Positions 52,401 to 60,698 of a stretch of 64,000 nt of DNA are shown one piece after another; the first letter of the stretch is position 1, and every line of letters starts with the position of its first letter. The position numbers were made by a program, and so were the translations under genes. The stretch is taken from NCBI GenBank assembly GCA_964482725.1, contig CAYZYT010000007.1, positions 87,945 to 151,944 on the forward strand. Direction: 5' to 3'. Source of the stretch: an uncultured bacterium (GTDB lineage Bacteria; Omnitrophota; Omnitrophia; Omnitrophales; Aquincolibacteriaceae). The notes beneath the pieces were generated by a model, which saw nothing but the letters and a program-made list of their open reading frames with translations, was not told the DNA's origin and ran no database searches.

Positions 52401-52652
52401 GAAGGCCGGCCCAATATCGCCGACGCCATCAAAAATAAGGATCTACAGCTCATCATCAATACCCCGGTGGGAAAGAGTAGCAAATATGATGACAGTTTTA
52501 TCCGGAAGATGGCGATCCAGCACAAGATCCCTTATGTGACATCGATGATGGCGGCTGAGGCCAGTGTCGAAGGGATCGACGCGGCACAAAAAGGCAATAT
52601 TGCGCCGAGATCGCTCCAGGACTATTATCAGGAGCTGGATAAGGTCCACTAA
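49434..52652 (+). CDS. carB: Carbamoyl-phosphate synthase large subunit
   Basis: GSGPIIIGQACEFDYSG, two ATP-grasp halves, C-terminal MGS domain. Confidence 0.99.
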   Translation: MPRRSDIKKVLIIGSGPIIIGQACEFDYSGTQACKALKEEGYEVVLVNSNPATIMTDPGMAHKTYIEPLTVESIEKIIEIERPDALLPNLGGQTGLNLSSALHKAGVLKKYNVEVIGVKVDAIERGEDRIIFKETMQKLDIPVPVSEPCYSVEEAEKIAERLKYPVVLRPAYTMGGTGGGIVYNVEELREITARGLLASLIHQVLVEESVLGWEELELEVVRDEKGKKITVCFIENIDPMGVHTGDSFCAAPMLTVKPELQKKLQDYSYKIVEAIGVIGGTNVQFAHNPKDGRIVVIEINPRTSRSSALASKATGFPIAWVSTKLASGIDLSELPYWRKGTLDQYEPWGDYVVIKFARWAFEKFSQAKDVLGTQMKAVGEVMSIGKTFKESFHKAIRSLEISRYGLGGAKDFKSFSLEQLKARLAMPSSERVFLMYEAFRKGMSIDELHEMTMIGKWFLKEIKELCDFEEEISKLSFAKLPPDQLVQAKEWGFSDKYLAKLFSVKEETVRRKRLELGKVARFEAVPVSGVQNAAYYYSTYSSKGKDESKVSSKKKIMILGGGPNRIGQGIEFDYTCVHAAFAIRDAGYESIMINCNPETVSTDYDTSNKLYFEPLTVEDVLAIYEKEKPDGVIVQFGGQTPLNIAQELKDQGVKILGTTPESIRLAEDRECFSEKIKKLNIPQPESGIARSLEEAVSIAKRIGYPLMVRPSFVLGGRGMEIIYEEERLIKYAVEAINVSPEYPMLIDRFLDQALEVEVDALCDGEATFVTSIMEHIEYAGVHSGDSACVIPSRTISDKHLKTIEKYTDQIARELQVVGLINIQYAIFKDKVYILEANPRASRTVPLVAKVTGMPIARIATQVILGRKIKDFPELRHRKLPYVGVKEAVFPFNMFPEVDPLLGPEMRSTGEVMGIAGSFGLAFYKAQAATGTKLPLEGNVLLTVADKDKSALVPIAKRIKDLGFTIYATEGTSRHLKAQGIETVEINKIPEGRPNIADAIKNKDLQLIINTPVGKSSKYDDSFIRKMAIQHKIPYVTSMMAAEASVEGIDAAQKGNIAPRSLQDYYQELDKVH

Positions 52653-52654
52653 AA

Positions 52655-53455
52655 ATGACGCGAGCCAAAATCCCGAGAGAAAAAATGACTCCAAGAAAGT
52701 GCGATGAGGATGTTCCTATCTTTGAGAATAAAAAGGTCAACGGTAAATATTTCAAGCTGACCTTTTGTTCGAAAAAACTGTCCAAGAATATCAAGCCCGG
52801 ACAGTTCCTTCACGTTCGCGTCAATCAAGGACAGGACCCTTATCTGAGACGCCCTTTCAGCTACTTTCGGATTTTACCCGGCAAAGTGGAGATCCTCTAT
52901 GAGGTTCTGGGTCGTGGCACTTGCATTCTTTCAGGAAAGAAAAAAGGAGATGTTCTCAGAGTGATGGGGCCGCTCGGAAATGTCTTCACGGAAAAACTCG
53001 GGAAAAAGAAGCGGATCCTGGTAGCGGGCGGGGTGGGTGTCCCGCCCCTCGTGTTCCTTGCCGAACAATATCCTACGGACTATCTTTTGATCGGGACCAA
53101 GTCCAAGGCTGAGCTCCTGCCGAAGGCAGAACTCAAAAAAGTGAAGGCTAAAGTCCTTTGCACCACGGAAGATGGTTCGTACGGGACGAAGGGACGCGTG
53201 ACCTTGTTGCTTGAAGAGATCCTGAAAGATCGTCACCCAGGGGAATTTTTCATCCAGACTTGCGGGCCCAAACCCATGATGAAGGCCGTGATCGCCCTTG
53301 CGGAGAAGTACGGCGTTGAAGGCGAGGCCTCATGGGATGAGAGTATGGCTTGTGGTGTCGGGGCCTGCCTGGGTTGCATGGTTAAGACCAAGGACGGATT
53401 GAAACGTGCTTGCGCGGACGGGCCGGTATTTAATTTTGAGGATCTAGAGCTGTGA
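52655..53455 (+). CDS. pyrK: Dihydroorotate dehydrogenase electron transfer subunit
   Basis: PGQF, RRPFS, GGVGVPP, CGP, MACGVGACLGC...C.DGPVF. Confidence 0.95.
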   Translation: MTRAKIPREKMTPRKCDEDVPIFENKKVNGKYFKLTFCSKKLSKNIKPGQFLHVRVNQGQDPYLRRPFSYFRILPGKVEILYEVLGRGTCILSGKKKGDVLRVMGPLGNVFTEKLGKKKRILVAGGVGVPPLVFLAEQYPTDYLLIGTKSKAELLPKAELKKVKAKVLCTTEDGSYGTKGRVTLLLEEILKDRHPGEFFIQTCGPKPMMKAVIALAEKYGVEGEASWDESMACGVGACLGCMVKTKDGLKRACADGPVFNFEDLEL

Positions 53456-54399
53456 AAGTCGATTTAACGACCAAGATCAAAAACCTGACCCTCAAGAATC
53501 CTATGACCGTAGCTTCCGGGACTTTCGGGACGACGGATGAGTATGCCGCCTATGTGGATCCCAAAAAACTTGGGGCGATTATCACCAAAACCATTACCGT
53601 GAAAGCCCGGGCCGGAAATCCGATGCCGCGGATCTGCGAGACCTCGTCCGGAATGCTGAATGCCATCGGGCTCCAGAATAAAGGCCTTGAGGATTTTATC
53701 GAACACAAGATCCCTTATTTTAAAAAGCTCGGCGTGCCGCTCATCGTGAGTATTGCCGGAGAATCCGTAGAGGAATTCGGAAGGCTTGCTAGAACTTTTG
53801 ACGGGATGAAAGATGTTGTGAAAGCGATTGAGGTGAATCTATCCTGCCCGAATGTCGAAGCCGCCGGCGTCGGAGGCATGAAAAAACAGGAACGCATTAC
53901 GGATGCGATCAAAGCGGTTCGTGGCGAGACGGATCTTCTCGCGTTCGCAAAGATCTCACCTGAACTCGGGGACGTTCTTGAGATCGCCGGGAAAGTCCTG
54001 GCGCAGGGGATGGACGGGATCAGCCTGATCAATACGCTTCGGGGGATGGCGGTCGATCTTCGGACGCGGAGTTCCAGGATCGCGAAGGATTTCGGGGGGC
54101 TGAGCGGTCCGGCGATCAAGCCGGTCGCGCTCCGCTATGTCTATCAGGTTAAAAAAGAATTCCAAGTGCCGGTCATTGCCTCCGGCGGTATCTCAAACGC
54201 CCAGGATGCCCTGGAATTTCTGATCGTGGGGGCGGATTTGCTCGCTATTGGGACGGCGAATTTCGTGGAGCCGCAAGCGACGCTTCAAATTCTGAAAGGG
54301 ATCGAAGATTTCTGCAAGAAAGAAAAGATCCATACTCTTGACGGGTTACGGGGGAGTTACATCCCTGCCGCAGAAAAAGGAGAAGGGTGCAACCGATGA
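53452..54399 (+). CDS. pyrD: Dihydroorotate dehydrogenase (class 1B)
   Basis: ASGTFG, NAIGLQN, NLSCPN, INT, GGLSGPAIKP. Confidence 0.96.
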   Translation: MKVDLTTKIKNLTLKNPMTVASGTFGTTDEYAAYVDPKKLGAIITKTITVKARAGNPMPRICETSSGMLNAIGLQNKGLEDFIEHKIPYFKKLGVPLIVSIAGESVEEFGRLARTFDGMKDVVKAIEVNLSCPNVEAAGVGGMKKQERITDAIKAVRGETDLLAFAKISPELGDVLEIAGKVLAQGMDGISLINTLRGMAVDLRTRSSRIAKDFGGLSGPAIKPVALRYVYQVKKEFQVPVIASGGISNAQDALEFLIVGADLLAIGTANFVEPQATLQILKGIEDFCKKEKIHTLDGLRGSYIPAAEKGEGCNR

Positions 54400-55136
54400 G
54401 CGAAATTTCCGTGCAGGATCGTTTGATCGTGGCGCTGGATGCCCCGACCCTTGAGATCGCCGAGCAGTGGCTCATTGAACTTAAGGGCGTGGTCCGTTAT
54501 TACAAGGTCGGGCTCGAACTCTTTGCAGCTCATGGCTGGAAGGCCGTGAACCTGGTGAAAAATTACGGAGGGCGTGTTTTTCTGGACCTCAAGCTTCATG
54601 ATATTCCGAACACCGTGAGTCGGACACTGGCGGCGGTGTGTGAACACGAAGTGGACATTGTAAATGTTCATGCCTTGGGAGGATTTGAAATGATGAAGGC
54701 GGCCCGCGAAGCCGTGGAGAAATATTCGTCTGGGCGAGTGATAAGGCCCAAGCTAATCGCTGTGACGATCCTCACGAGCCACAGCCAGGAGACATTGTCT
54801 AAGGACCTTTGCATTAAGCGTAAGATGAAAGACGAAGTGATCCATCTGGCAAGTCTTGCCCAAAAAGCCGGGCTTGACGGCGTGGTCTGTTCCCCCCTGG
54901 AAACCGGCTGGGTCCGGAAGAAGTGCGGCAAGGATTTTGTGATCGTGACCCCGGGTGTCCGTCCTGAAGGCGCGGCCGTGGGCGATCAGAAAAGAATCGA
55001 GACCCCCGAGAAGGCCGTAAAGAGCGGCGCCACTCACATCGTTGTCGGCCGCCCCATCACCCAGGCCGTTCATCCCAAAGAAGTCGCGCTCCAGATTTTG
55101 AGTTCGATGGCTTTCTCCTCGCCTTATAAGATCTAA
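54396..55136 (+). CDS. pyrF: Orotidine-5'-phosphate decarboxylase
   Basis: IVALD, KVG, FLDLKLHDIPNT, VTILTS, VGRPI. Confidence 0.97.
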   Translation: MSEISVQDRLIVALDAPTLEIAEQWLIELKGVVRYYKVGLELFAAHGWKAVNLVKNYGGRVFLDLKLHDIPNTVSRTLAAVCEHEVDIVNVHALGGFEMMKAAREAVEKYSSGRVIRPKLIAVTILTSHSQETLSKDLCIKRKMKDEVIHLASLAQKAGLDGVVCSPLETGWVRKKCGKDFVIVTPGVRPEGAAVGDQKRIETPEKAVKSGATHIVVGRPITQAVHPKEVALQILSSMAFSSPYKI

Positions 55137-55210
55137 CTTGTTGAAAATAAATAACTTACAAAAACGCACTCTGTGCTTTTCCTTGACAGCAGCACGGAAA
55201 CTTTTATAAT
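55134..55210 (+). promoter_or_regulatory. 25-bp IHF-like site plus consensus promoter of yicC-gmk
   Basis: taacttgttgaaaataaataactta (55134-58); TTGACA(55183)-16-TATAAT(55205). Confidence 0.7.
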
Positions 55211-55253
55211 ACGCCCTCCACATGGCCTATGATTTTCCTGAGACTCCATAAAT

Positions 55254-56132
55254 ATGATAAGAAGCATGACCGCTTTTGCCCGCGTGTCGGTTACGGCGGG
55301 CGGCAAACACTGGGTCGTCGAGATTAAGTCGCTGAACCAGCGGTATTTTGAACTTTCCTTGAGACTTCCGCCCGCGATGTACGCCTTCGAGGCGCAGGTG
55401 CGGCCTCTCGTCCAGTCGGTGATGCGCCGGGGAAAGATCACGCTCGGTATCGCGGAAGAGGGGCGAAACGGCGAGGCGCTTGTCTATGAGCTGGATCAGG
55501 ACCAGGTGAAGGCCTATCTCGCGTCTGCCAAGAAGATCAAAGCGAAGTTCAAGCTGGATGGCAAGCTGACCGTGGAAGAGATCATGCGGCTTCCCGGAGT
55601 GGTCAAGGAGAAACCTTCCCAGGATGCCGGGGATTGGAATTGGGTGAAACTTAGCGGACTTTTAAAGAAGGCCCTGGAGAAGGCGATCGGTCACAAGGAA
55701 GAAGAGGGCGAAAAGCTCGATAAGGATTTCCGGCAGCGACTGGATCACATCGCCAAGACGACGCACAAGATCGAGACCCTTGTGAAGGGTAATCAGAAGA
55801 TCTATTTTGAGAAACTCAAGGGTCGTCTCAAGGATCTTCTTGGGGATGAAAAACTTGATGAAGAGCGGCTTTACAGAGAAGTGGCGCTTCTGACTGAGCG
55901 TTCGGATATCACCGAAGAAACGGTCCGGATGAAAAGCCACCTGGAGCTTTTCGAAAAATGGCTCGGGCGGCAAGGCGAGATCGGACGCGAGCTTGATTTT
56001 CTTTGCCAGGAAATGAACCGGGAAGCGAATACGATGGCATCCAAGGCCCAACTTTTCGAGGTTTCTCAAGAAGCGATTGCGATCAAAAGCGAGATCGAAA
56101 AGATCCGCGAACAGGTCCAAAATGTCGAATAA
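55254..56132 (+). CDS. yicC: YicC/YloC endoribonuclease
   Basis: SMTAFAR, EIKSLN.RY, RGK, DITEE..R..SH, QEMNREANT, REQVQNVE. Confidence 0.95.
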   Translation: MIRSMTAFARVSVTAGGKHWVVEIKSLNQRYFELSLRLPPAMYAFEAQVRPLVQSVMRRGKITLGIAEEGRNGEALVYELDQDQVKAYLASAKKIKAKFKLDGKLTVEEIMRLPGVVKEKPSQDAGDWNWVKLSGLLKKALEKAIGHKEEEGEKLDKDFRQRLDHIAKTTHKIETLVKGNQKIYFEKLKGRLKDLLGDEKLDEERLYREVALLTERSDITEETVRMKSHLELFEKWLGRQGEIGRELDFLCQEMNREANTMASKAQLFEVSQEAIAIKSEIEKIREQVQNVE

Positions 56133-56727
56133 GAAAATAGCGGCAGGGCAGGGGATTCTGGTGGTCCTGTCCGCGCCGTCCGGGTGCGGGAAAACAAGTA
56201 TTGTTGAGCGGCTTCTCAAACGCCACCAGGACTGGGTGCGTTCGATCTCGGCGACGACGCGCAAAGCCCGGGTGGATGAAAAAGACGCGCAGGATTATTT
56301 TTTTTATTCCAGGCCGGATTTTGAAAAAAAAGTTTCTGAAGGGAAGATGTTGGAACATGCCGAGATTTACGGTAATCTCTACGGCACCCCGAGGGAATTT
56401 GTGGAGGAACAAGTCGTAAGGGGCAAGACCGTGATCATGACGATTGATGTTCAGGGGACGAAACAGATCATGGATTCCTGGGGGAGGGAACGGTCGCTGC
56501 TCAGCATTTTTATCCTTCCTCCTTCGGTGAAGGTGTTGCGTGAGCGCCTCACGGGACGGAACACGGAAAGTCCTGAGGAGATCGAAAAACGGATCGAGAT
56601 CGCGCAGGATGAGATTAAGGCCGCGAAGATCTATAACCACACGGTGATCAACCAGAACCTGGATCAGGCGGTTCTCGAGGTCGAAGAAATTATTTTGAAT
56701 GTTTCAAAACAAAGGAGAAAAAAATAG
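56122..56727 (+). CDS. gmk: Guanylate kinase
   Basis: SAPSGCGKTS, SATTR, YGT, IDVQG, FILPPS. Confidence 0.97.
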   Translation: MSNKKIAAGQGILVVLSAPSGCGKTSIVERLLKRHQDWVRSISATTRKARVDEKDAQDYFFYSRPDFEKKVSEGKMLEHAEIYGNLYGTPREFVEEQVVRGKTVIMTIDVQGTKQIMDSWGRERSLLSIFILPPSVKVLRERLTGRNTESPEEIEKRIEIAQDEIKAAKIYNHTVINQNLDQAVLEVEEIILNVSKQRRKK

Positions 56728-56729
56728 CC

Positions 56730-56948
56730 ATGGCGTATATCGCATTAGAAAAGATCTTGTCGGAAAAAAACAAAAGCCTCTACAAAAGCGTTTTGACGGC
56801 TGCGGCTCGGGCGAATGAACTGGCTCAAGGTGCTCAGCCTCTCATCAAAACAGATTCCAAAAAGGTTGCGACCATCGCTCTTAACGAAATGGCTGCCAAG
56901 AAGGTCAGTTATGTTGAGATCAAAAAAAGCAAAAAGACTCTCGGGTAA
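56730..56948 (+). CDS. rpoZ: RNA polymerase omega subunit
   Basis: Y..VL.AA.RA.EL, K...IALNE; gmk-rpoZ-coa synteny. Confidence 0.9.
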   Translation: MAYIALEKILSEKNKSLYKSVLTAAARANELAQGAQPLIKTDSKKVATIALNEMAAKKVSYVEIKKSKKTLG

Positions 56949-57495
56949 GACGGTTCTTCATATCCTGACGGGCAGTATCGCCGCCTATCGGGCCCCGGAA
57001 CTTATCAAAAAGATGAAGGACGATGGCGCGAGGGTGGTGTGTGTCATGACGGGCTGCGCCAAAGAGTTTGTGACGCCGACGGTGCTCCGCACCGTGACCG
57101 GCGAGCGCGTCTATTCCGAGATGTTCCCGCAGGATGCTCCCTTCGGCGTGCTTCACACGTCCCTTGCGGATCTTGCGGACCTTGTGCTTGTTTCTCCCGC
57201 GACGGCCAATTTTATCGCGAAAATGGCGACCGGTATTTCGGATGATCTCGCCAGTTGTCTCGTGCTTGCGACACCCAAACCCATCCTGGTCGCCCCGGCC
57301 ATGAACGACCATATGTACCTGCATCCGGTGACCCAGAAAAATATCGCCCAGCTCAAGGCTCTTGGGTATCATTTTGTGGATCCTATCGAAGGGGACCTGG
57401 CTTGCGGGCGCGTGGGGGTCGGCCATATCGCACCTGACGACGCCATCCTCGATTCGGTGAAGAGTATTCTTTCCCCAGAAGCTAGCCGCAGGTAA
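56911..57495 (+). CDS. coaC: Phosphopantothenoylcysteine decarboxylase (stand-alone)
   Basis: TGSIAAY, PATANFIAK, APAMN..M, LACG..G.G; start uncertain. Confidence 0.9.
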   Translation: MLRSKKAKRLSGKTVLHILTGSIAAYRAPELIKKMKDDGARVVCVMTGCAKEFVTPTVLRTVTGERVYSEMFPQDAPFGVLHTSLADLADLVLVSPATANFIAKMATGISDDLASCLVLATPKPILVAPAMNDHMYLHPVTQKNIAQLKALGYHFVDPIEGDLACGRVGVGHIAPDDAILDSVKSILSPEASRR

Positions 57496-57500
57496 CTTCC

Positions 57501-58175
57501 GTGGCGCCTCGCCTCAAAAAGATCCTTATTACCGCCGGGCCGACGCGTGAGATGCTCGATCCCGTGAGATTTCTTTCCAACCTTTCGACCGGGGAAATGG
57601 GCTATGCGCTCGCAAAAGTCGCCGTCTCCGAAGGTTATCAGGTAAGCCTTGTCAGCGGTCCGACGGGTCTCAAGTCTCCCCCAGGTGCGAAATTCTATGC
57701 CGTGACTTCGGCCCTTCAAATGAAGAAGGTTTGCGCGGAACTTTTTCCGAGGCACGACGCTCTAATCATGACAGCGGCGGTTTGCGATTTCATGCCCGCT
57801 GGGGTGGGTCGGCACAAGATCCCGAGCGCAGAGGGGATGACGCTAAAACTCAAACGGACGCCGGATATCCTGGCGTCGCTCGCAAAACGAAAAGGCCGCA
57901 GGGTGGTGATCGGGTTTTGCCTTGAGACCCGTGACCTGATACGGCGTGCCACAGAGAAGCTTATAAGGAAGAGACTCGATGGTATCGTCGCAAATTTTTT
58001 TGGCGCCGGACATATCCCGTTCGGGAAGCGGCGCGTGGAGGTCCATTTGGTCGATGAGGACGGCAAGGTTCGGAGAATCGCGAATCGGTCCAAAGGGCAG
58101 GTTGCAAAGGCTCTTTTGCATTGGATGGAGAGTTTGGCTCAACATTCACTCAAGGCGCCTAAAAATCTATTTTGA
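57501..58175 (+). CDS. coaB: Phosphopantothenate--cysteine ligase (stand-alone)
   Basis: ITAGPTRE.LDPVRFLSN.STG.MG, AAVCDF, GFCLET, IVAN. Confidence 0.92.
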   Translation: MAPRLKKILITAGPTREMLDPVRFLSNLSTGEMGYALAKVAVSEGYQVSLVSGPTGLKSPPGAKFYAVTSALQMKKVCAELFPRHDALIMTAAVCDFMPAGVGRHKIPSAEGMTLKLKRTPDILASLAKRKGRRVVIGFCLETRDLIRRATEKLIRKRLDGIVANFFGAGHIPFGKRRVEVHLVDEDGKVRRIANRSKGQVAKALLHWMESLAQHSLKAPKNLF

Positions 58176-58356
58176 AAATCCGAAAAGTGATTATAATGAG
58201 CAAAATTTCAGGGTTGAATTTTTAGGGCCTTTTTGAGCTGAATAAAAGGTTTGCCCCGCCAGAGTCTTAGTCGGCTTCGGACGGGAACGCGAGAGAAAAA
58301 TAAGCGGAAACAATTTTGTATTGTTAAACGGAATAAGACTCGAACGGAGGGACATC

Positions 58357-58836
58357 GTGAAATTCTTCACAAAAAAATTCGCAGCTATTTTGATCCTGCC
58401 ACTTATGCTGAGTGGGTGTGCGACCGAGAGCGGCCTGAGTGAGCGTGAAACGGGTGGCTTGGCGGGTGCGGCGCTTGGAGCGGGGATCGGAGCTCTTGCC
58501 GGAAGCGCGACGGGGCACGCAGGGGTCGGTACGGCCATCGGAGCGGGCGCCGGTCTTTTAACGGGGGTGGTGGCGGGTGAGATGGCGCGTCGCCAGAAGG
58601 AACAAACCAAAAAGGAACTGCGGCAGGAGATGATGCAACAACAGTATCAGCCGCAGTATTCGCCTCAGCCGGTTACGACCCAAGGGACGACACCGGTTCA
58701 GCAGCAACCCGTCTACACGCCGCCCGCGGTGAAGCAGGAGCTGAACACAAAATATAATCCAAGGACGGGCCAGACATTTCCTTCGAATTACACTTTTGAC
58801 CCCAATACCGGCGAAGAGCTGAAGTTGCTCCAATAA
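58357..58836 (+). CDS. Glycine-zipper lipoprotein
   Basis: Lipobox LSGC, GAALGAGIGALAG..GTAIGAGAG, Q/P-rich linker. Confidence 0.85.
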   Translation: MKFFTKKFAAILILPLMLSGCATESGLSERETGGLAGAALGAGIGALAGSATGHAGVGTAIGAGAGLLTGVVAGEMARRQKEQTKKELRQEMMQQQYQPQYSPQPVTTQGTTPVQQQPVYTPPAVKQELNTKYNPRTGQTFPSNYTFDPNTGEELKLLQ

Positions 58837-58870
58837 ACCCATGAAAAATCCCATAAAGTCTAAAAAGATT

Positions 58871-59950
58871 ATGAGAATCGGAATACTGACTGGCGGGGGT
58901 GATTGCCCGGGGTTGAACGCGGTTATCCGCGCTGTCACCAAGTCGGCTATTGCGAACTACGGGTGGGAGGTTTTTGGGATCGAGGATGGTTATGCGGGGT
59001 TGATCGAAAAACGTGGTCATGCGTTGACCCAGGCCCAAGTGTCGGGAATCCTCACCCTGGGGGGGACCATCCTCGGGACGTCGAACCGTGCGGATCCGTT
59101 CAGGGTCCCTGTGGTCAAGGGGAAGAAAATCGTTTTTGAGGATCACTCCGACCAGTCGATCGAAAATTTTAGGCAGTGGGGCTTGGATGTTCTGGTGGCT
59201 GTCGGAGGCGACGGGACGCTTTCCATCGCCAATCATCTTTGTCGCAAGGGGATCCCGGTCGTTGGAATTCCAAAGACCATTGATAACGATTTGAGCGGTA
59301 CGGACTATACGTTCGGTTTTCAAACGGCGGTGAGTATCTGTACTGAAGCGATCGATCGGCTTCATACGACCGCTGCCGCGCATCATCGGGTGATGATCCT
59401 CGAGGTCATGGGGAGGAATGCCGGTTGGATCGCGTTGCATTCCGGTTCTGCGGGGGGCGCGGATATCATCTTGATCCCGGAAGTTTCGTACTCGATGGAC
59501 GCCATCTGCAAAGCTGTCAAAAAACGGGCGCTGCATGGAAAAAAATTCAGCCTGATCGTCGCGGCCGAAGGGGCGAAAGAAAAAGGCGGGAAGGTTATTG
59601 AGAAAAAGAGTGATCCTAAGAATCCCTATCCGATCAAACTCGGAGGCGTCGGAAAATACCTTGAGGAATGTCTCGAGAAATCCACGGGGCTCGAAACTCG
59701 TTCGGCGAGTCTGGGGCACATTCAACGGGGAGGTTCTCCTGTGCCCGCGGACCGAAATTTGGGGACGCTTTTCGGAACGCATGCCGTGGAGTTGATACGT
59801 CAACAGAAGTGGGGGCAGATGGTTTGCTTGCAGGGGAGCGTGGTCAAGTCCATCCCGATCGAGGAAGCCGTCGACAAATTGAAAGTTGTGATGCCGGACA
59901 ATCCTCTTGTCTTAGCCAGCGAAGCCGTTGGAATTTGCTTTGGGCGATAA
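58871..59950 (+). CDS. pfkA: 6-phosphofructokinase (group III-like)
   Basis: GGGDCPGLNAVIR, GGDG, PKTIDND, EVMGR, LGHIQRGG. Confidence 0.95.
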   Translation: MRIGILTGGGDCPGLNAVIRAVTKSAIANYGWEVFGIEDGYAGLIEKRGHALTQAQVSGILTLGGTILGTSNRADPFRVPVVKGKKIVFEDHSDQSIENFRQWGLDVLVAVGGDGTLSIANHLCRKGIPVVGIPKTIDNDLSGTDYTFGFQTAVSICTEAIDRLHTTAAAHHRVMILEVMGRNAGWIALHSGSAGGADIILIPEVSYSMDAICKAVKKRALHGKKFSLIVAAEGAKEKGGKVIEKKSDPKNPYPIKLGGVGKYLEECLEKSTGLETRSASLGHIQRGGSPVPADRNLGTLFGTHAVELIRQQKWGQMVCLQGSVVKSIPIEEAVDKLKVVMPDNPLVLASEAVGICFGR

Positions 59951-60045
59951 TATCTCTTGCGCGCTTCAAGGCGCTCCGATTTTTATTTTAGATCGCGGCA
60001 AAATCGAAACAACGCCGATTCCCAATTAGGAAAAAATCATTACTA

Positions 60046-60119
60046 GGCGCGGTAGCAAAGTGGTAATGCATCGGTCTGCAAAACCGATATCGGCGGTTCA
60101 ATTCCGCCCCGCGCCTCCA
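60046..60119 (+). tRNA. tRNA-Cys (GCA)
   Basis: GGCGCGG/CCGCGCC acceptor stem, tcggt-CTGCAAA-accga, GGTTCAATTCC, encoded CCA. Confidence 0.95.
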
Positions 60120-60148
60120 GTCTTCTCTTATCTGCCGTCAATTAAAGT

Positions 60149-60236
60149 GCCCGAGTGGCGGAATCGGCAGACGCACCGGACTTAAAATCCGTTGGGGAGT
60201 TAAATCCCTGTGCCAGTTCAAGTCTGGCCTCGGGCA
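60149..60236 (+). tRNA. tRNA-Leu (TAA)
   Basis: GCCCGAG/CTCGGGC acceptor stem, CTTAAAA anticodon loop, long variable arm, GTTCAAGTC. Confidence 0.93.
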
Positions 60237-60544
60237 TTTTTTTAGGTCCTGCCACGATCTCCCATGTTTTTTCAGTCTCCCGCGGGGTTGTCCCTCGTCG
60301 AATGGAGCAGGGTGTGTTTTCCTCTGACTTGATCTCAACATTAATTCAATCTTTGAAAATTTTGAAGGTCCCGCCAACCTTAATTTTTTTTCATAAAAAT
60401 TGCATTGTTTCGATTTTTCTTCTACGGTTTTTCTTTGGGGTGGTGTCCTGGGGTGGTGTTTTTATGAATTTTTTTTAACATTCTTGAATGGAATATTGTC
60501 TTACCTACCTTTAAAAGCACTTTAGCAATATGTGAAAATAATCG

Positions 60545-60604
60545 TAAGTTGTTTGCCAGCAACATGTTACGAGTGTTGACAAGGCGCAAAAGGCATGTTA
60601 GTCT
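60545..60604 (+). promoter_or_regulatory. 25-bp dyad plus promoter of the large exported-protein gene
   Basis: taagttgtttgccagcaacatgtta (60545-69); TTGACA(60576)-17-TAGTCT with TG extension. Confidence 0.65.
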
Positions 60605-60698
60605 TTAGCCAGGTAATGGAATTGATAAATGCTTAGGCGCTTCTCTCTACGGTATCAGGACAGGGCCGATAAAAATCCGGTTGCGAAAGGGCGAGAAA

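Noticed and set aside
58673-59803. 376-aa minus-strand ORF; similar cases at 9281-10159, 14362-15270 and 20605-21456
   Set aside because: Antisense shadows of pfkA, HD-GYP, ubiD and the CPBP gene.
60237-60698. Genomic island integrated at tRNA-Leu, or riboswitch before the large gene
   Set aside because: AT-rich spacer, but no integrase, no duplicated tRNA 3' end within the window and no recognisable aptamer consensus.
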